Source: an uncultured Pseudomonadota bacterium (GTDB lineage: Bacteria; Pseudomonadota; Gammaproteobacteria; Methylococcales; Methylomonadaceae). Taken from it: a DNA stretch of 64,000 nt. The stretch's first letter is position 1; each line of letters opens with the position of its first letter. Positions 42,990 to 55,377 of the stretch are shown piece after piece. Below the pieces are notes generated by a model. The model saw only the letters and a list, made by a program, of their open reading frames with translations, was not told the DNA's origin and did not search any database. Where the stretch lies: NCBI GenBank assembly GCA_903889445.1, contig CAISXF010000005.1, positions 151,030-215,029 on the forward strand, written 5' to 3'. Both the position numbers and the translations under genes were made by a program.

Positions 42990-45900
42990 TTAAATATTTA
43001 AAGCTTGTTTTAAAGCTTCTTCGACATAGTCAACATCAATAACTACAGAAGAGTCATCCCCGCTAATCACCTCAGAAAACGCTGCATGTTGCCTCCGATT
43101 CTCATGATAAGCCAACCCAGTACCTGCAGGAATCAGTCTCCCGACGATAACATTTTCCTTTAAACCCTGTAAACTATCACTTAATCCACGAACTGCAGCA
43201 TCAGTTAAAACACGAGTAGTTTCTTGGAAGGAAGCGGCTGAAATGAAGGATTCTGTCGCTAATGAGGCTTTTGTTATACCTAACAAGATTGAATCGTAAC
43301 TTGCTGGAATTTTCCCGGACAGTTCAGCACGATCATTTTCTTCACGCATCGCTGCACGCTCTATCTGCTCGCCTTTTAAGAAAATTGTGTCGCCTGATGC
43401 AGTTATTTCCACTTTGCGTAACATTTGGCGAATAATTGCTTCGATGTGCTTATCGTTAATTTTTACGCCTTGCAAACGGTACACATCTTGAATTTCTTTA
43501 ACTAAATAATTTGCAAGCTCCTCAATACCACGCAACCGCAAAATATCATGTGGAGTCAATTCACCCTCAGCAATCGTTTCGCCTTTTTCTACTTGCTCCC
43601 CTTCAAACACCGTGATGTGTCGCCACTTGGGAATCAATGTCTCAAATTGCTCTCCACTCGCATCCGTAATGGAAACACGCTGCTTGCCTTTAGTTTCCTT
43701 ACCAAATGAAATGGTACCAGTTGCTTCAGCCAAAATCGCTGGATCTTTAGTTTTACGCGCTTCAAATAAATCTGCAACACGGGGCAAACCACCCGTAATG
43801 TCACGAGTTTTACTTGATTCTTGTGGAATACGCGCTAAAACATCACCGATTTTCACTTCACCACCATTTTTTATGGTGACAACCGCGCCTGCAGATAGAA
43901 AGTATTGGGCGGCGATATCGGTTCCTGGTAAATAAATCGTGCCACCGTTTGCGTCCAATAATTTAACCATTGGACGTAATTCTTTACCGGCACTGCCACG
44001 CTGCTTAGGATCAATAACAACCTCAGAACTTAATCCTGTAATTTCATCTGATTGCTTTAAAACCGTCACCCCCTCAACGAAATCTTTTAGCTCGATAAAT
44101 CCATCTACTTCCGTAATAACCGGTCGCGTAAATGGATCCCACGTTACGATAATTTCACCGGCATCAATGTGTTCGCCTTCTTTTTTGGATAACACCGAAC
44201 CGGAAGGAATTTTATAACGCTCACGTTCGCGATCATATTCATCCATCACAACGACTTCGCCAGACCGTGATACAGCAACTAGATTACCCTCACGATTAAC
44301 AACGCTTTTCAAGTTGTTTAGGCGAACAGTCCCACCCCATTTAACTTCAACTTTGCTAATAGCTACATCGCGAGATGCTGCGCCACCAATATGGAACGTT
44401 CTCATCGTCAGCTGCGTGCCTGGCTCACCAATTGATTGTGCTGCGATAACTCCGACAGCTTCACCAATATTAACTAAATGCCCACGACCTAAATCACGAC
44501 CATAACATGCTGCACAAACACCTTGGCGACTTTCGCAAGTAATAATAGACCTAACTAAAACGTGATCAATCTTGTTTAATTCAAGCTTTAAAACCCAATC
44601 TTCATCAAGGAACGTTCCGCGAGGTGCCACAATATGCTCACCTGATTTATCCATAACATCAATGGCAGCAACTCGGCCAAGTACGCGCTCTGACAATGAT
44701 TCCACCACGTTAACACCATCAATAATTGGTGTCATTAACAAACCGCTGGTGGTACCACAATCCTGTGAACTAATAATTAAATCTTGTGCAACATCAACTA
44801 ATCGACGAGTCAAATATCCTGAGTTTGCTGTTTTTAATGCGGTATCCGCTAACCCTTTTCGTGCGCCATGCGTTGAAATGAAGTATTGTAAAACATCTAA
44901 ACCTTCACGGAAATTTGCAGTAATCGGTGTTTCAATAATCGAGCCATCTGGTTTCGCCATCAAGCCGCGCATACCAGCTAATTGCCGAATCTGTGCCGCT
45001 GAACCCCGCGCTCCTGATTCTGCCATCATGAAAATCGAATTGAACGATTTTTGTTGCACATCTTCGTCTATAGAATCTTTTACCTCAGCTGGCAAAGTAC
45101 AATTTTGACGATGGGCGGCAATTTTAGTAATAGCTTCCTTGTAATCATTCCCTGTTATTTTGCCATCTAGTCGATTGACATCAAGTTCACGAAGCATTTT
45201 TTCAGCCCAAGTATTAACAAGACTTCTTGGGCTTAGTTTAACAATATCTGTACCTAAACCTTCCATCATTACTTTAGCAATTTGATCGTTCGCATGAGAC
45301 CAAATATCGACAACCTTGTTGTATCGTTCACCATCAGTGACTAAACCCGCAGCGTATTGACTTTGGATTTCATTCACTTCTGCATTAGAAGCCGCCAAAA
45401 TATCACTTTTTTTACCCGGAATCGCCATATCTTCGATACCGAATGAAATACCAGATCGAGTCGCGTATTTGAAACCCAAATACATCAACTGATCCGCTAA
45501 GATAACAGTGTCTTTATTGCCCATATAGCGATAACTGTGGTTAATCAAACGCGAGATATTCTTCTTTGTCATATCGCAATTGACTAAATTAAACGGCATT
45601 CCTTCAGGAATCATTTCCCAAATCAACGCCCGCCCAACAGTTGTTTCAACGCGCTGTGTTACTGGCTTTTCATTGGTATCTTCGGTGAGTTTACCCGTAA
45701 TTCTCAATTGGATTTTAGACTGTAATTCCACCGATTTTTCAAATAAGGCTTTATGTATTTCACCTACGCTAACAAAAATACTGCCATTACCAACAGCATT
45801 CATTTTTTCGCGGCTAATGTAATACAACCCCAAAACCATATCTTGTGAAGGATTGATTACTGGCTCACCGTTAGCGGGCGACAAAATGTTGTTGGTTGCC

Positions 45901-47354
45901 ATCATTAAAGTTCGAGCTTCTAATTGCGCTTCAATAGATAACGGAACATGTACTGCCATTTGATCACCGTCGAAATCCGCGTTAAATGCACTGCAAACGA
46001 GCGGATGTAATTGAATAGCTTTGCCTTCAATTAACGTTGGCTCAAAGGCTTGAATACCCAAACGATGCAATGTTGGCGCACGATTAAGTAAAATCGGATG
46101 TTCACGAATTACTTCTTCGAGAATATCCCAAACTTCAGATCCTTCACGCTCAACCATTTTCTTTGCGGCTTTAATCGTGGTCGCTAAACCACGAAATTGT
46201 AACTTGCTAAAAATGAAAGGTTTAAATAATTCCAAAGCCATTTTTTTCGGCAAACCACATTGATGTAAACGTAATGAGGGTCCAACAACAATAACCGAAC
46301 GACCTGAATAATCTACTCGTTTACCCAGCAAATTCTGACGGAAACGCCCTTGTTTACCTTTAATCATGTCTGCTAACGATTTTAACGGACGACGGTTTGT
46401 TCCCGTAATAGCTCGACCGCGACGACCGTTATCCAACAGCGCATCGACTGATTCTTGCAACATTCGTTTTTCATTGCGCACGATAATATCAGGCGCACTT
46501 AAATCTAACAATCTATTTAATCGATTGTTACGATTGATAACACGGCGATATAAATCATTTAAATCAGAAGTCGCAAAACGCCCACCATCAAGCGGGACCA
46601 AAGGACGCAATTCAGGTGGTAACACCGGTAAAACTTTCAAAATCATCCATTCAGGACGATTTTTTGAAGCTAACAACGCGCTCATTACCTTGAGACGTTT
46701 CGCGTACTTTTTAATTTTAGTTTCTGAACTGGTTGCGTTTATTTCTTGTTTTAAAATTTCAACTTGTGCTTTTAAATCAATAGATTTTAGCAATTCATAA
46801 ATAGCTTCTGCGCCCATTTTAGCAACAAAATCATCACCATATTTCTCTTGCGCGTCTTGATAATCATCATCACCTAGCAAATCACCTTTAGTCAAAGGCG
46901 TATCACCAGCATCTAAAATAACGAATGATTCAAAATACAACACGCGCTCAATTTCACGCAAAGTCATGTCGAGTAACAGTGCGATACGCGAAGGCAGCGA
47001 TTTTAAAAACCAAATGTGTGCCACAGGACTAGCTAAATCAATATGTCCCATGCGATCACGACGCACTTTAGACAACGTAACTTCGACACCGCATTTTTCA
47101 CAAATTACGCCGCGATGCTTTAATCGTTTATATTTGCCACACAAACATTCGTAATCACTGACAGGACCAAAAATTTTGGCACAAAACAAGCCATCACGCT
47201 CTGGTTTAAAAGTACGGTAGTTAATTGTTTCGGGTTTTTTTACTTCGCCATACGACCAAGAACGGATAACATCCGGTGAGGCGAGACCAATACGAATAGC
47301 GTCAAAATCTTCAGCACGATTTTGACGTTTTAAAAAATTCATTAAATCTTTCAA
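42990..47354 (-). CDS. rpoC: DNA-directed RNA polymerase beta-prime subunit
   Basis: 1454 aa with a TTG start preceded by [15 protein letters not shown].. aligns with the E. coli RpoC start. Contains the zinc-finger [20 protein letters not shown] and the catalytic NADFDGDQM. Confidence 0.98.
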   Translation of the reverse strand: MKDLMNFLKRQNRAEDFDAIRIGLASPDVIRSWSYGEVKKPETINYRTFKPERDGLFCAKIFGPVSDYECLCGKYKRLKHRGVICEKCGVEVTLSKVRRDRMGHIDLASPVAHIWFLKSLPSRIALLLDMTLREIERVLYFESFVILDAGDTPLTKGDLLGDDDYQDAQEKYGDDFVAKMGAEAIYELLKSIDLKAQVEILKQEINATSSETKIKKYAKRLKVMSALLASKNRPEWMILKVLPVLPPELRPLVPLDGGRFATSDLNDLYRRVINRNNRLNRLLDLSAPDIIVRNEKRMLQESVDALLDNGRRGRAITGTNRRPLKSLADMIKGKQGRFRQNLLGKRVDYSGRSVIVVGPSLRLHQCGLPKKMALELFKPFIFSKLQFRGLATTIKAAKKMVEREGSEVWDILEEVIREHPILLNRAPTLHRLGIQAFEPTLIEGKAIQLHPLVCSAFNADFDGDQMAVHVPLSIEAQLEARTLMMATNNILSPANGEPVINPSQDMVLGLYYISREKMNAVGNGSIFVSVGEIHKALFEKSVELQSKIQLRITGKLTEDTNEKPVTQRVETTVGRALIWEMIPEGMPFNLVNCDMTKKNISRLINHSYRYMGNKDTVILADQLMYLGFKYATRSGISFGIEDMAIPGKKSDILAASNAEVNEIQSQYAAGLVTDGERYNKVVDIWSHANDQIAKVMMEGLGTDIVKLSPRSLVNTWAEKMLRELDVNRLDGKITGNDYKEAITKIAAHRQNCTLPAEVKDSIDEDVQQKSFNSIFMMAESGARGSAAQIRQLAGMRGLMAKPDGSIIETPITANFREGLDVLQYFISTHGARKGLADTALKTANSGYLTRRLVDVAQDLIISSQDCGTTSGLLMTPIIDGVNVVESLSERVLGRVAAIDVMDKSGEHIVAPRGTFLDEDWVLKLELNKIDHVLVRSIITCESRQGVCAACYGRDLGRGHLVNIGEAVGVIAAQSIGEPGTQLTMRTFHIGGAASRDVAISKVEVKWGGTVRLNNLKSVVNREGNLVAVSRSGEVVVMDEYDRERERYKIPSGSVLSKKEGEHIDAGEIIVTWDPFTRPVITEVDGFIELKDFVEGVTVLKQSDEITGLSSEVVIDPKQRGSAGKELRPMVKLLDANGGTIYLPGTDIAAQYFLSAGAVVTIKNGGEVKIGDVLARIPQESSKTRDITGGLPRVADLFEARKTKDPAILAEATGTISFGKETKGKQRVSITDASGEQFETLIPKWRHITVFEGEQVEKGETIAEGELTPHDILRLRGIEELANYLVKEIQDVYRLQGVKINDKHIEAIIRQMLRKVEITASGDTIFLKGEQIERAAMREENDRAELSGKIPASYDSILLGITKASLATESFISAASFQETTRVLTDAAVRGLSDSLQGLKENVIVGRLIPAGTGLAYHENRRQHAAFSEVISGDDSSVVIDVDYVEEALKQALNI

Positions 47355-47386
47355 GAGTTTGTCCTATTTAAAATAAGTTTAAAAGC

Positions 47387-47409
47387 ACAAGGCGCAACCC
47401 GCGCCTTGT
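47387..47409 (-). promoter_or_regulatory. 9-bp GC-rich stem-loop in the 74-nt rpoB-rpoC spacer
   Basis: acaaggcgc (47387-47395) pairs with gcgccttgt (47401-47409) around a 5-nt loop. On the minus strand it is followed by GCTTTTAAAC. Function (processing site or weak attenuator) is unknown. Confidence 0.3.
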
Positions 47410-47428
47410 TGACTAACTAGTGCCTGGA

Positions 47429-50400
47429 TTATTCTCGCTCTAACTCAATATTGACAGCTAATGAACGAATTTCTTTAATCAGTACATTGAATGATTCAGG
47501 CATTCCCGCTTCCATTTTGTGATCACCATCGACAATATTTTTATACATTCTCGTTCTGCCTGTTACGTCATCTGATTTAACAGTAAGCATTTCTTGTAAC
47601 GTATAGGCTGCGCCATAGGCTTGTAACGCCCAAACTTCCATTTCACCAAAACGTTGTCCACCAAATTGAGCCTTACCACCCAACGGCTGTTGAGTCACTA
47701 AACTGTAAGGTCCTGTCGAACGAGCGTGCATTTTGTCGTCAACCAAATGGTTCAATTTAAGCATGTACATATAGCCAACAGTAACTTTGCGCTCAAATGG
47801 TTCGCCGGTTAGACCATCATACAATATAGTTTGACCATCTTCGGGTAAATCAGCTAAACGAAGCATTGCTCGAATATCTTCCTCGTTCGCACCATCAAAA
47901 ACAGGTGTCGCCATCGGCACGCCAGACACTAGATTCGCTGCCATTTCCAAAATTTCAGAGTCGCTAAACGACTTCAAATCTTCTTTACGACCTTCATCTC
48001 TGCTGTTGTAGATTTTATCCAAATACTCGCGAATGGCTTTAACTTTACCTTTAGACTCTTCGTATCTTGCCTCAAGTATTTTGCCAATTTTAACGCCGAG
48101 ACCTTTCGCTGCCCAACCTAAATGAGTTTCTAATACCTGCCCGACGTTCATTCGTGAAGGTACACCTAAAGGATTAAGAACGATGTCAACAGGATTGCCA
48201 TCAGCAGTATACGGCATATCTTCAATTGGGCGAATCATTGAGATAACCCCTTTGTTACCGTGCCGTCCCGCCATTTTATCACCAGGTTGAATTCGACGTT
48301 TCACGGCTAAATACACCTTAACCATTTTCAATACACCTGGCGGCAAATCATCACCCATTGTGATTTTACGTTTTTTTACTTCAAATTTTTCATCGAAGTC
48401 TTTACGTTGCTGCTCGATTTGTTTTTGAGTTGCCTCAATCAAGACATTTAGTTCATCCTCTTTCATTTTGAGTTTAAACCAATCCGATGGCTTCAAACCA
48501 TTCAGATATTTTTGCTTGATTTCATCGCCAGCTGTCAAATCTTTGCCAACTTGTACAATCTTGCCAACTAACTCTTTGGTAACTCGCGCAAAAATATCAC
48601 CTTCCAAGATTTTAATTTGATCATCCAAATCTTTACGATAGCTTTTAATTTGATCTGCTTCAATATCCAAGGCACGCTTATCTTTTTTAACGCCATCGCG
48701 GGTGAAAACTTGTACATCAATGACCGTTCCTTCGATACTGCCTGGAACACGCAATGACGTATCTTTAACATCGGCGGCTTTTTCACCGAAAATAGCGCGT
48801 AACAATTTTTCTTCAGGGGTAAGTTGTGTCTCACCTTTTGGCGTAACTTTTCCCACCAAAATGTCACCACCTTTAACTTCTGCACCAACGTAAACTATGC
48901 CGGATTCATCCAATTTAGATAATGCTTCTTCGCTAACATTTGGAATGTCGGCTGTAATTTCTTCAGGACTATGCTTAGTATCACGCGCAACACATGTTTT
49001 TTCTTCAATGTGGATAGTCGTAAAACGATCTTCCTTAACAACACGTTCAGAAACTAAAATCGAATCTTCAAAGTTATAACCATTCCACGGCATAAATGCG
49101 ACCAACATATTTTGACCAAGTGCTAACTCGCCCATGTCTGTAGATGGTCCATCCGCCATAATGTCACCAGACTGCACAACATCACCGACCTTAACTAGCG
49201 GTTTTTGGTTGATGCAAGTATTTTGATTGGATCGAGTATATTTAATTAAGTTATAAATATCAACGCCTGACGACCCATTTTCAGTTTCGGTATCATTGAC
49301 TCGCACAACAATTCTGGCTGCATCAACAGATTCAATTTTTCCACCACGTGTCGCTACAACAGTCACACCAGAATCTTTCGCTACTGTACGTTCCATGCCA
49401 GTACCGACTAATGGTTTTTCAGCGCGTAATGTTGGCACTGCTTGACGTTGCATATTCGAACCCATTAATGCACGGTTCGCGTCATCGTGTTCCAAAAATG
49501 GAATAATTGAAGCAGCAACTGAAACGATTTGTTTCGATGAAACGTCCATGTACTGAACCGTGTCAGACATTGCCAACGTAAATTCATCTTTATGGCGGCA
49601 AGATACGAGACCGTCAATCAACTTTCCTTTCTCGTCTACCGGTACACTGGCTTGTGCGATAACAAATTCACCTTCTTCAATTGCGGATAAATAATCCACT
49701 TGATCCGTAACTTTACCATCCACTACTTTACGATAAGGTGTCTCTAAAAACCCATAATTATTGGTTCGTGCATAAACAGATAGTGAGTTAATTAGACCAA
49801 TATTGGGACCCTCAGGTGTTTCAATTGGACATACTCGACCATAATGCGTGGCGTGTACGTCTCGAACTTCAAAGCCCGCACGTTCACGAGCCAAACCACC
49901 AGGCCCAAGTGCAGAAACACGGCGTTTATGTGTAATTTGCGACAATGGATTATTCTGATCCATGAATTGCGATAATTGACTTGAACCAAAAAATTCTTTG
50001 ATTGCCGCTGAAACCGGTTTAGCGTTAACAATTTCCTGTGGCATTAAACCTTCTGAATCCGCTAACGTTAACCGCTCTTTAACAGTGCGTTCAACACGAA
50101 CTAAACCGACACGGAATTGGTTTTCGACCATTTCGCCTACAGAGCGCACTCGACGATTGCCTAAATGATCAATATCATCAACAACACCATTGCCGTTACG
50201 AATCGCAATCAACTCTTTTAAAACATCAATAATATCGTCTTTTGTTAATGTTCCGGATCCTACAATTTCTTCACGTCCCAAACGACGATTGAATTTCATG
50301 CGACCAACAGTCGACAAATCATAACGCTCGTCAGTAAAAAATAAATTTTGAAATAAATTTTCTGCTGATTCGCGTGTCGGCGGCTCGCCAGGACGCATCA

Positions 50401-51529
50401 TGCGATAAATCTCGACAAGTGCCTCTAAGTTATTAGTTGTCGTATCAGCACGCATCGCGTTAGAAATATACGCACCACAATCTAACTCATTGACATATAA
50501 CACATTGATTTCACTTACACCACATTCAATACAGCGATCGATGATAGAACTGGTCAGTTCATCGTTGACAAAGGCGATTAGCTCCCCCGTTTTTCTATCA
50601 ACTACATTGTGACCTAAAATTTTGCCAACTAGATATTCTCGTGGTACTTCAAATGAAGTCAACCCTGCTTTGTTAATTTCACGAATATGCTTTGCCGTGA
50701 TACGTCGCCCTTCTTCAACTAAAACTTGGTTCCCATCTTTGATGTCAAAAGCCGCAATTTCACCACGCAACCGTTCAGGTACGATGTGAAAAATATAAAT
50801 ATCTTGATTTATAACAAATTTATTAGTTTCAAAAAATATACTGATTATTTTTTCGTTATCATATTCTTTATCCAACGCACGTAACAAAATGGTCGCTGGA
50901 ATTTTTCGACGACGATCTATACGCACATAAACACAATCTTTATGATCAAACTCGAAATCTAACCATGAACCACGATAAGGGATTACACGAGCATTAAATA
51001 ACAACTTTCCTGATGAGTGTGTTTTACCCTTATCGTGATCAAAAAAAACTCCAGGGGAACGGTGCAATTGCGAAACAATAACACGCTCAGTACCATTGAT
51101 AACAAAAGTGCCATTTTCGGTCATTAAAGGTAATTCGCCCATGTAAACTTCTTGTTCGCGAATATCTTTCACCACTTTTGCTGTAGCTTGTGCATCTTTA
51201 TCGTAAATAACTAAGCGCACTAAAACACGCAATGATACCGCATATGTTGCACCACGTTGTTGACATTCTCGAACATCAAAAATGGGGTCGCCTAGGCGGT
51301 AGCGCACATATTCCAATACGGCGTACCCGTTATGACTTTCGATAGGAAAAACACTTGAAAATGCAGCATGCAAACCAACAGTTTCGCGTTTAGCTACATT
51401 CACGCCTGTCTGTAAGAAATGAGCGTAAGAGTCAATTTGCGTAGCAAGAAGATAGGGAACATCAAGCACTTCAGTACTTTTCCCAAAGTTATTTCGAATA
51501 CGCTTTTTTTCGGTAAAAGAGTAAGTCAT
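47429..51529 (-). CDS. rpoB: DNA-directed RNA polymerase beta subunit
   Basis: 1366 aa, [17 protein letters not shown].. with ..[10 protein letters not shown].. Confidence 0.98.
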   Translation of the reverse strand: MTYSFTEKKRIRNNFGKSTEVLDVPYLLATQIDSYAHFLQTGVNVAKRETVGLHAAFSSVFPIESHNGYAVLEYVRYRLGDPIFDVRECQQRGATYAVSLRVLVRLVIYDKDAQATAKVVKDIREQEVYMGELPLMTENGTFVINGTERVIVSQLHRSPGVFFDHDKGKTHSSGKLLFNARVIPYRGSWLDFEFDHKDCVYVRIDRRRKIPATILLRALDKEYDNEKIISIFFETNKFVINQDIYIFHIVPERLRGEIAAFDIKDGNQVLVEEGRRITAKHIREINKAGLTSFEVPREYLVGKILGHNVVDRKTGELIAFVNDELTSSIIDRCIECGVSEINVLYVNELDCGAYISNAMRADTTTNNLEALVEIYRMMRPGEPPTRESAENLFQNLFFTDERYDLSTVGRMKFNRRLGREEIVGSGTLTKDDIIDVLKELIAIRNGNGVVDDIDHLGNRRVRSVGEMVENQFRVGLVRVERTVKERLTLADSEGLMPQEIVNAKPVSAAIKEFFGSSQLSQFMDQNNPLSQITHKRRVSALGPGGLARERAGFEVRDVHATHYGRVCPIETPEGPNIGLINSLSVYARTNNYGFLETPYRKVVDGKVTDQVDYLSAIEEGEFVIAQASVPVDEKGKLIDGLVSCRHKDEFTLAMSDTVQYMDVSSKQIVSVAASIIPFLEHDDANRALMGSNMQRQAVPTLRAEKPLVGTGMERTVAKDSGVTVVATRGGKIESVDAARIVVRVNDTETENGSSGVDIYNLIKYTRSNQNTCINQKPLVKVGDVVQSGDIMADGPSTDMGELALGQNMLVAFMPWNGYNFEDSILVSERVVKEDRFTTIHIEEKTCVARDTKHSPEEITADIPNVSEEALSKLDESGIVYVGAEVKGGDILVGKVTPKGETQLTPEEKLLRAIFGEKAADVKDTSLRVPGSIEGTVIDVQVFTRDGVKKDKRALDIEADQIKSYRKDLDDQIKILEGDIFARVTKELVGKIVQVGKDLTAGDEIKQKYLNGLKPSDWFKLKMKEDELNVLIEATQKQIEQQRKDFDEKFEVKKRKITMGDDLPPGVLKMVKVYLAVKRRIQPGDKMAGRHGNKGVISMIRPIEDMPYTADGNPVDIVLNPLGVPSRMNVGQVLETHLGWAAKGLGVKIGKILEARYEESKGKVKAIREYLDKIYNSRDEGRKEDLKSFSDSEILEMAANLVSGVPMATPVFDGANEEDIRAMLRLADLPEDGQTILYDGLTGEPFERKVTVGYMYMLKLNHLVDDKMHARSTGPYSLVTQQPLGGKAQFGGQRFGEMEVWALQAYGAAYTLQEMLTVKSDDVTGRTRMYKNIVDGDHKMEAGMPESFNVLIKEIRSLAVNIELERE

Positions 51530-51591
51530 ATCGCTTTAAAACCTTTTATGTCGTAGAACGCTTTACTGTGCAATCATTGCAAGCAACAAAA

Positions 51592-51616
51592 GGCCGGTGG
51601 CAAATTGCCACCAGCC
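51592..51616 (-). terminator. rplL-rpoB intergenic attenuator/partial terminator hairpin
   Basis: On the minus strand, GGCTGGTGGCA-AAT-TGCCACCGGCC forms an 11-bp stem with one G-U pair, followed by TTTTGTTGC. It occupies the same position as the known E. coli rplL-rpoB attenuator. Confidence 0.6.
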
Positions 51617-51658
51617 GTTCATAAATCGGGTGAAAAACCTGTGCAGCTTAATTAAAAT

Positions 51659-52024
51659 TTATTTAATTTCAACTGTTGCGCCTGCTTCTGATAATTCTTT
51701 TTTGAAATTTTCAGCATCAGCTTTAGAGACAGCTTCTTTCAAAACTGTTGGCACGCCTTCAACTGCATCTTTTGCTTCTTTTAAACCTAAGCCTGTCATG
51801 CTGCGTACAACTTTAATAACGGAGACTTTGTTTTCACCAAAGCCAGTCAAAATTACATCGAATTCTGTTTGCTCTTCAACGGCTGCTGCCGCTACAGGTG
51901 CTGCAGCAACTGCAACAGCAGCGGAAACGCCAAATTTTTCTTCCATCGCTGAAATTAAATCAACGATTTCCATGACAGTCATGTTTGCAACTGCGTCTAA
52001 AATATCCGCTTGTGAAATTGCCAT
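51659..52024 (-). CDS. rplL: 50S ribosomal protein L7/L12
   Basis: 121 aa with an Ala-rich hinge [17 protein letters not shown] and ..[13 protein letters not shown].. Confidence 0.97.
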   Translation of the reverse strand: MAISQADILDAVANMTVMEIVDLISAMEEKFGVSAAVAVAAAPVAAAAVEEQTEFDVILTGFGENKVSVIKVVRSMTGLGLKEAKDAVEGVPTVLKEAVSKADAENFKKELSEAGATVEIK

Positions 52025-52073
52025 TGTATGTTCCTTTTGTAAAGTAATTGGGTGTTAAACGAGTTAATAAAAA

Positions 52074-52571
52074 TTAGGCAGATTCTTGCTTCTGATCTCT
52101 GAGAGCAGCCAACGTACGAACAAACTTTTCGGTTGGTGCTTTCATCACAGACATTAACATAGCAATCCCTTGGTTGCGAGTTGGCAAATTTGCCAAGCGT
52201 GGCAACTCTGAACCGCCATAAGACTGACCACCGATAGCAACAATCTTAGTAATAAGTTTATCGTGTTTTTTTGCAAAATCACTGATTAAACGACCTGCGG
52301 AACCCGGATCATCCATTGAAAAAGCAATTAATAATGGACCTACTAAACCATCCTGCATACATTCAAATTCAGTTCCTGCCACAGCACGTTTTGCTAATGT
52401 GTTTTTCACAACTCGCAAATAAACGCCCGTTTCCCTAGCAGTTTTACGCAATTCAGTTAATTCGGTAACGGTCAATCCACGGTACTCTGCGGCAACCGCA
52501 GAATGCGCTTTCGCGGCAAACGCAGCCACTTCTTCTACGACAACTTTTTTGCTGTCTAAATTTAGAGCCAT
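52074..52571 (-). CDS. rplJ: 50S ribosomal protein L10
   Basis: 165 aa, MALNLDSKKVVVEEVAAFA. Confidence 0.97.
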   Translation of the reverse strand: MALNLDSKKVVVEEVAAFAAKAHSAVAAEYRGLTVTELTELRKTARETGVYLRVVKNTLAKRAVAGTEFECMQDGLVGPLLIAFSMDDPGSAGRLISDFAKKHDKLITKIVAIGGQSYGGSELPRLANLPTRNQGIAMLMSVMKAPTEKFVRTLAALRDQKQESA

Positions 52572-52745
52572 AACCTTACTCCGATATTTTTCAATTCAAA
52601 AATTCACACTACTTTATGTGTTTAAACTTACGGTACGAAACCTGTATTCGGTTTCGTTACGCCTGCGCAGGATTATTAAATGTCGCCATCCCTGCGGTCT
52701 TTGACGGTTACAGGGTTTTCACACCGTAACTCAAAGTTTGTTTGA
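52572..52745 (-). promoter_or_regulatory. rplJ 5' leader (probable L10-L12 autoregulatory leader)
   Basis: 174-nt untranslated gap between rplA and rplJ with several short inverted repeats (cgaaacc/ggtttcg, cctgcgcagg). The assignment rests on position and length only; the structure was not modelled. Confidence 0.35.
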
Positions 52746-53435
52746 TTACAAACCGCTCATATCCAACCACAGACCTGGACCCATAGTTGAAGACAGTGTT
52801 ACTTTTTTAACGTAAACACCTTTTGAAGTTGTTGGTTTTAATCGTTTTAAGTCTGCTATTAAGGCTTCTAAATTACCTTGAATCGCTGTAGCATCAAATG
52901 CTACCTTGCCTAAGGTACAGTGGATGATGCCTGATTTATCGGTTCTATACCGAACCTGTCCTGATTTTGCATTTTTAACGGCAGTCGCTACATCTGTAGT
53001 TACAGTACCGACTTTAGGGTTTGGCATTAAACCACGAGGGCCTAAAATCTGTCCCAACTGACCGACAACTCGCATTGCATCGGGTGAAGCAATAACGACA
53101 TCAAAATTCATTTCGCCTTTTTTAACTAAATCACCCAAATCATCCATACCTACAATATCTGCACCGGCTGCTCTAGCTGCATCAGCATTTGCACCTTGTG
53201 TAAATACTGCCACACGAACCGTTTTACCTGTTCCATTTGGTAATACTGTTGCACCCCGAACATTTTGATCAGATTTTCGCGGATCAACGCCTAAATTTAC
53301 ACTGACATCAATAGCTTCACTGAATTTTGTTGTGGCAAGTTCTTTTAATAAAGCTACTGCCTCAACTACAGAGTACTGCTTAGTTGCATCAATTTTTGCT
53401 TTAATTAGCTTTGCTTTTTTTGTTAACTTAGCCAT
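52746..53435 (-). CDS. rplA: 50S ribosomal protein L1
   Basis: 229 aa, [16 protein letters not shown].. Confidence 0.97.
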   Translation of the reverse strand: MAKLTKKAKLIKAKIDATKQYSVVEAVALLKELATTKFSEAIDVSVNLGVDPRKSDQNVRGATVLPNGTGKTVRVAVFTQGANADAARAAGADIVGMDDLGDLVKKGEMNFDVVIASPDAMRVVGQLGQILGPRGLMPNPKVGTVTTDVATAVKNAKSGQVRYRTDKSGIIHCTLGKVAFDATAIQGNLEALIADLKRLKPTTSKGVYVKKVTLSSTMGPGLWLDMSGL

Positions 53436-53436
53436 T

Positions 53437-53868
53437 TTACAAACCCTCTACGGTCAGACCCATGCTTTTCGCACTGCCTGCTATTGTTCTTACTGCAGCT
53501 TCTAACGTTGCTGCATTCAAGTCTTCCATTTTAACTCTAGCTATGTCTTCTAATTGTTGACGGGTGACGACACCAATTTTTTTAGTATTCGGATTACTAC
53601 TACCACTTTTCAAACCCAAAGCTTTTTTTAATAAAATAGACGCTGGTGGTGTTTTCGTAATGAATGTAAAGCTTCGATCACTGTAAACTGTGATAACAAC
53701 TGGTAAAGGTAAACCTTTTTCGATGTCTTGGGTTTTTGCATTAAACGCTTTGCAAAATTCCATTATGTTAACACCGCGCTGACCCAATGCAGGACCAACC
53801 GGTGGACTCGGATTTGCTTCACCCGCTTTGACTTGTAATTTGATATATGCGGTTATTTTTTTAGCCAT
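53437..53868 (-). CDS. rplK: 50S ribosomal protein L11
   Basis: 143 aa, ..[34 protein letters not shown].. Confidence 0.97.
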   Translation of the reverse strand: MAKKITAYIKLQVKAGEANPSPPVGPALGQRGVNIMEFCKAFNAKTQDIEKGLPLPVVITVYSDRSFTFITKTPPASILLKKALGLKSGSSNPNTKKIGVVTRQQLEDIARVKMEDLNAATLEAAVRTIAGSAKSMGLTVEGL

Positions 53869-54028
53869 GATTTACTCCTAAAAGTGTACGGGTTAAACGC
53901 TTTTCAGCTACCCTTAAAACAAAAATTCCCAATTGTAAGAATTAGGAAAAATTCAAAATACTGTGTATTACTGGACTTTCTTCTTTGAAATTTTTATTTT
54001 TAAACTAAAAATAAAATAGGACTAGATT

Positions 54029-54562
54029 TTAAGTTTTCTCAACTTGATCAAAATTCAATTCGACCGAAGTTGACCTTCCAAAAATAAGCACTGCTATTCT
54101 CAACTTACTTTTTTCATAAATAACTTCCTCTACCTCACCATTAAAATCTTTAAATGGACCGTCTACGATTCTAATAATTTGACCTGCTTCAAACAGTACT
54201 TTAGGGCGTGGCTTATTTATTGCTGCTTCAACACGCTGCAAAATTACCGTTGCTTCTTTGTCGGATATTGGTGCAGGACGATCAGAAACTCCACCAATGA
54301 AGCCAAGCACTTTCGGAGTATTTTTAACTAAGTGCCATGTTTCGTTGGTTAATTGCATTTGTATTAAGACGTAACCAGGAAAAAACTTTCTCTCACTTTT
54401 TCGCTGCTGTCCCATCTTCATTTCTACAACTTCTTCTATTGGAATCAGTATTTCTCCGAAAAAACTATCTAAATTTTCACGCACTATACGTTCTAGAAGT
54501 AAAGATTTGACTTTATTTTCAAAGTTTGATTGAGTCTGAATAACGTACCATAGATGTGCCAT
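54029..54562 (-). CDS. nusG: Transcription termination/antitermination factor NusG
   Basis: 177 aa with an NGN domain (WYVIQTQSNFENKV) and a C-terminal KOW (GQIIRIVDGPFKDFNGEVEEV). It follows secE. Confidence 0.96.
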   Translation of the reverse strand: MAHLWYVIQTQSNFENKVKSLLLERIVRENLDSFFGEILIPIEEVVEMKMGQQRKSERKFFPGYVLIQMQLTNETWHLVKNTPKVLGFIGGVSDRPAPISDKEATVILQRVEAAINKPRPKVLFEAGQIIRIVDGPFKDFNGEVEEVIYEKSKLRIAVLIFGRSTSVELNFDQVEKT

Positions 54563-54566
54563 AGTA

Positions 54567-54944
54567 CTAAAGTCCTTGATCTGTCAGCAATTTAACACCC
54601 CAAAATAGAAAAGTATCTAGCAACCAAAGAACCAAACTCACTATTGACACCATTGCAAAAACTAACAGCGTTGTACGAGTAGTTTCCTCGCGAGTCGGCC
54701 AGACAATTTTACGTATCTCTACCTTTGAATCTAGAATAAAGATCCGTATTGAAATTCCCCACGCTGTAGTTGTTATTATCGATATTGCGACCAAAAAAGA
54801 TCCAAGCAAACCAAAAACACGATAAATCAACTGTACATTGAAAAAATAGTAAAATGCCGCAATTCCAAAAACAACAAAGAAAACGGAGAAAACTTGTTTG
54901 ACAACATCAAAAACCTTTAGTGATGTATCTGTTTGCGTATTCAT
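54567..54944 (-). CDS. secE: Preprotein translocase subunit SecE
   Basis: ATG 54944 gives 125 aa with three TM segments and the conserved ..VEIRKIVWPTREETTRTTLLV... The 149-aa ORF-track version extends into tRNA-Trp. Confidence 0.9.
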   Translation of the reverse strand: MNTQTDTSLKVFDVVKQVFSVFFVVFGIAAFYYFFNVQLIYRVFGLLGSFLVAISIITTTAWGISIRIFILDSKVEIRKIVWPTREETTRTTLLVFAMVSIVSLVLWLLDTFLFWGVKLLTDQGL

Positions 54945-54986
54945 AAGGTGGGCGGTTTGTGAAATGAATGAAATATACGATTTTTC

Positions 54987-55062
54987 TGGCAGGCCAGGAG
55001 GGGATCGAACCCCCAACCAACGGTTTTGGAGACCGCCATTCTACCAATTGAACTACTGACCT
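54987..55062 (-). tRNA. trpT: tRNA-Trp (CCA)
   Basis: Reverse complement AGGTCAGTAGTTCAATTGGTAGAATGGCGGTCTCCAAAACCGTTGGTTGGGGGTTCGATCCCCTCCTGGCCTGCCA. It has a 7-bp acceptor stem, anticodon loop CTCCAAA, a GTTCGATCC T-arm and an encoded CCA. Confidence 0.92.
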
Positions 55063-55212
55063 TTTAAATACAGAAAAATCCTCATAAAGAGCTGGCATCA
55101 CAAAAACACGAACTCTATCGTAATTAAAAATTGATGCATGCAACATGCTTTTACTATACCAAATATTCCACTAAACATCTTCATAGTAAAAATTAACGCT
55201 TCAGTCTATTTT

Positions 55213-55288
55213 TGGAGCTCATAACCGGATTTGAACCGGTGACCTCTTCCTTACCAAGGAAGTACTCTACCGACTGAGCTATATGAGC
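55213..55288 (-). tRNA. tRNA-Thr (GGT)
   Basis: Reverse complement GCTCATATAGCTCAGTCGGTAGAGTACTTCCTTGGTAAGGAAGAGGTCACCGGTTCAAATCCGGTTATGAGCTCCA. Acceptor GCTCATA/TATGAGC, anticodon loop TTGGTAA. Confidence 0.92.
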
Positions 55289-55294
55289 ACTTTT

Positions 55295-55368
55295 TGGAGC
55301 GGGTGATGGGAATCGAACCCACGCAATCAGCTTGGAAGGCTGGAGTTCTACCATTGAACTACACCCGC
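55295..55368 (-). tRNA. tRNA-Gly (TCC)
   Basis: Reverse complement GCGGGTGTAGTTCAATGGTAGAACTCCAGCCTTCCAAGCTGATTGCGTGGGTTCGATTCCCATCACCCGCTCCA. Anticodon loop CTTCCAA. Confidence 0.92.
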
Positions 55369-55377
55369 TGAATTATT

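Noticed and set aside
43612-46800. Plus-strand ORFs of up to 178 aa within rpoC (for example 44572-45108 and 46366-46800)
   Set aside because: They are antisense to rpoC, Ser/Pro/Thr-rich and featureless. These are expected shadow ORFs in a 4.4-kb gene.
51597-52058. 153-aa plus-strand ORF with an Ala/Thr-rich stretch ([17 protein letters not shown])
   Set aside because: It is exactly antisense to rplL. The Ala run mirrors the L7/L12 hinge (GCN codons read in reverse).
54907-55146. 79-aa minus-strand ORF and the extended 149-aa secE ORF overlapping 54987-55062
   Set aside because: Both run through tRNA-Trp. The secE homology starts at ATG 54944 and the 79-aa ORF is a translation of tRNA and spacer sequence.
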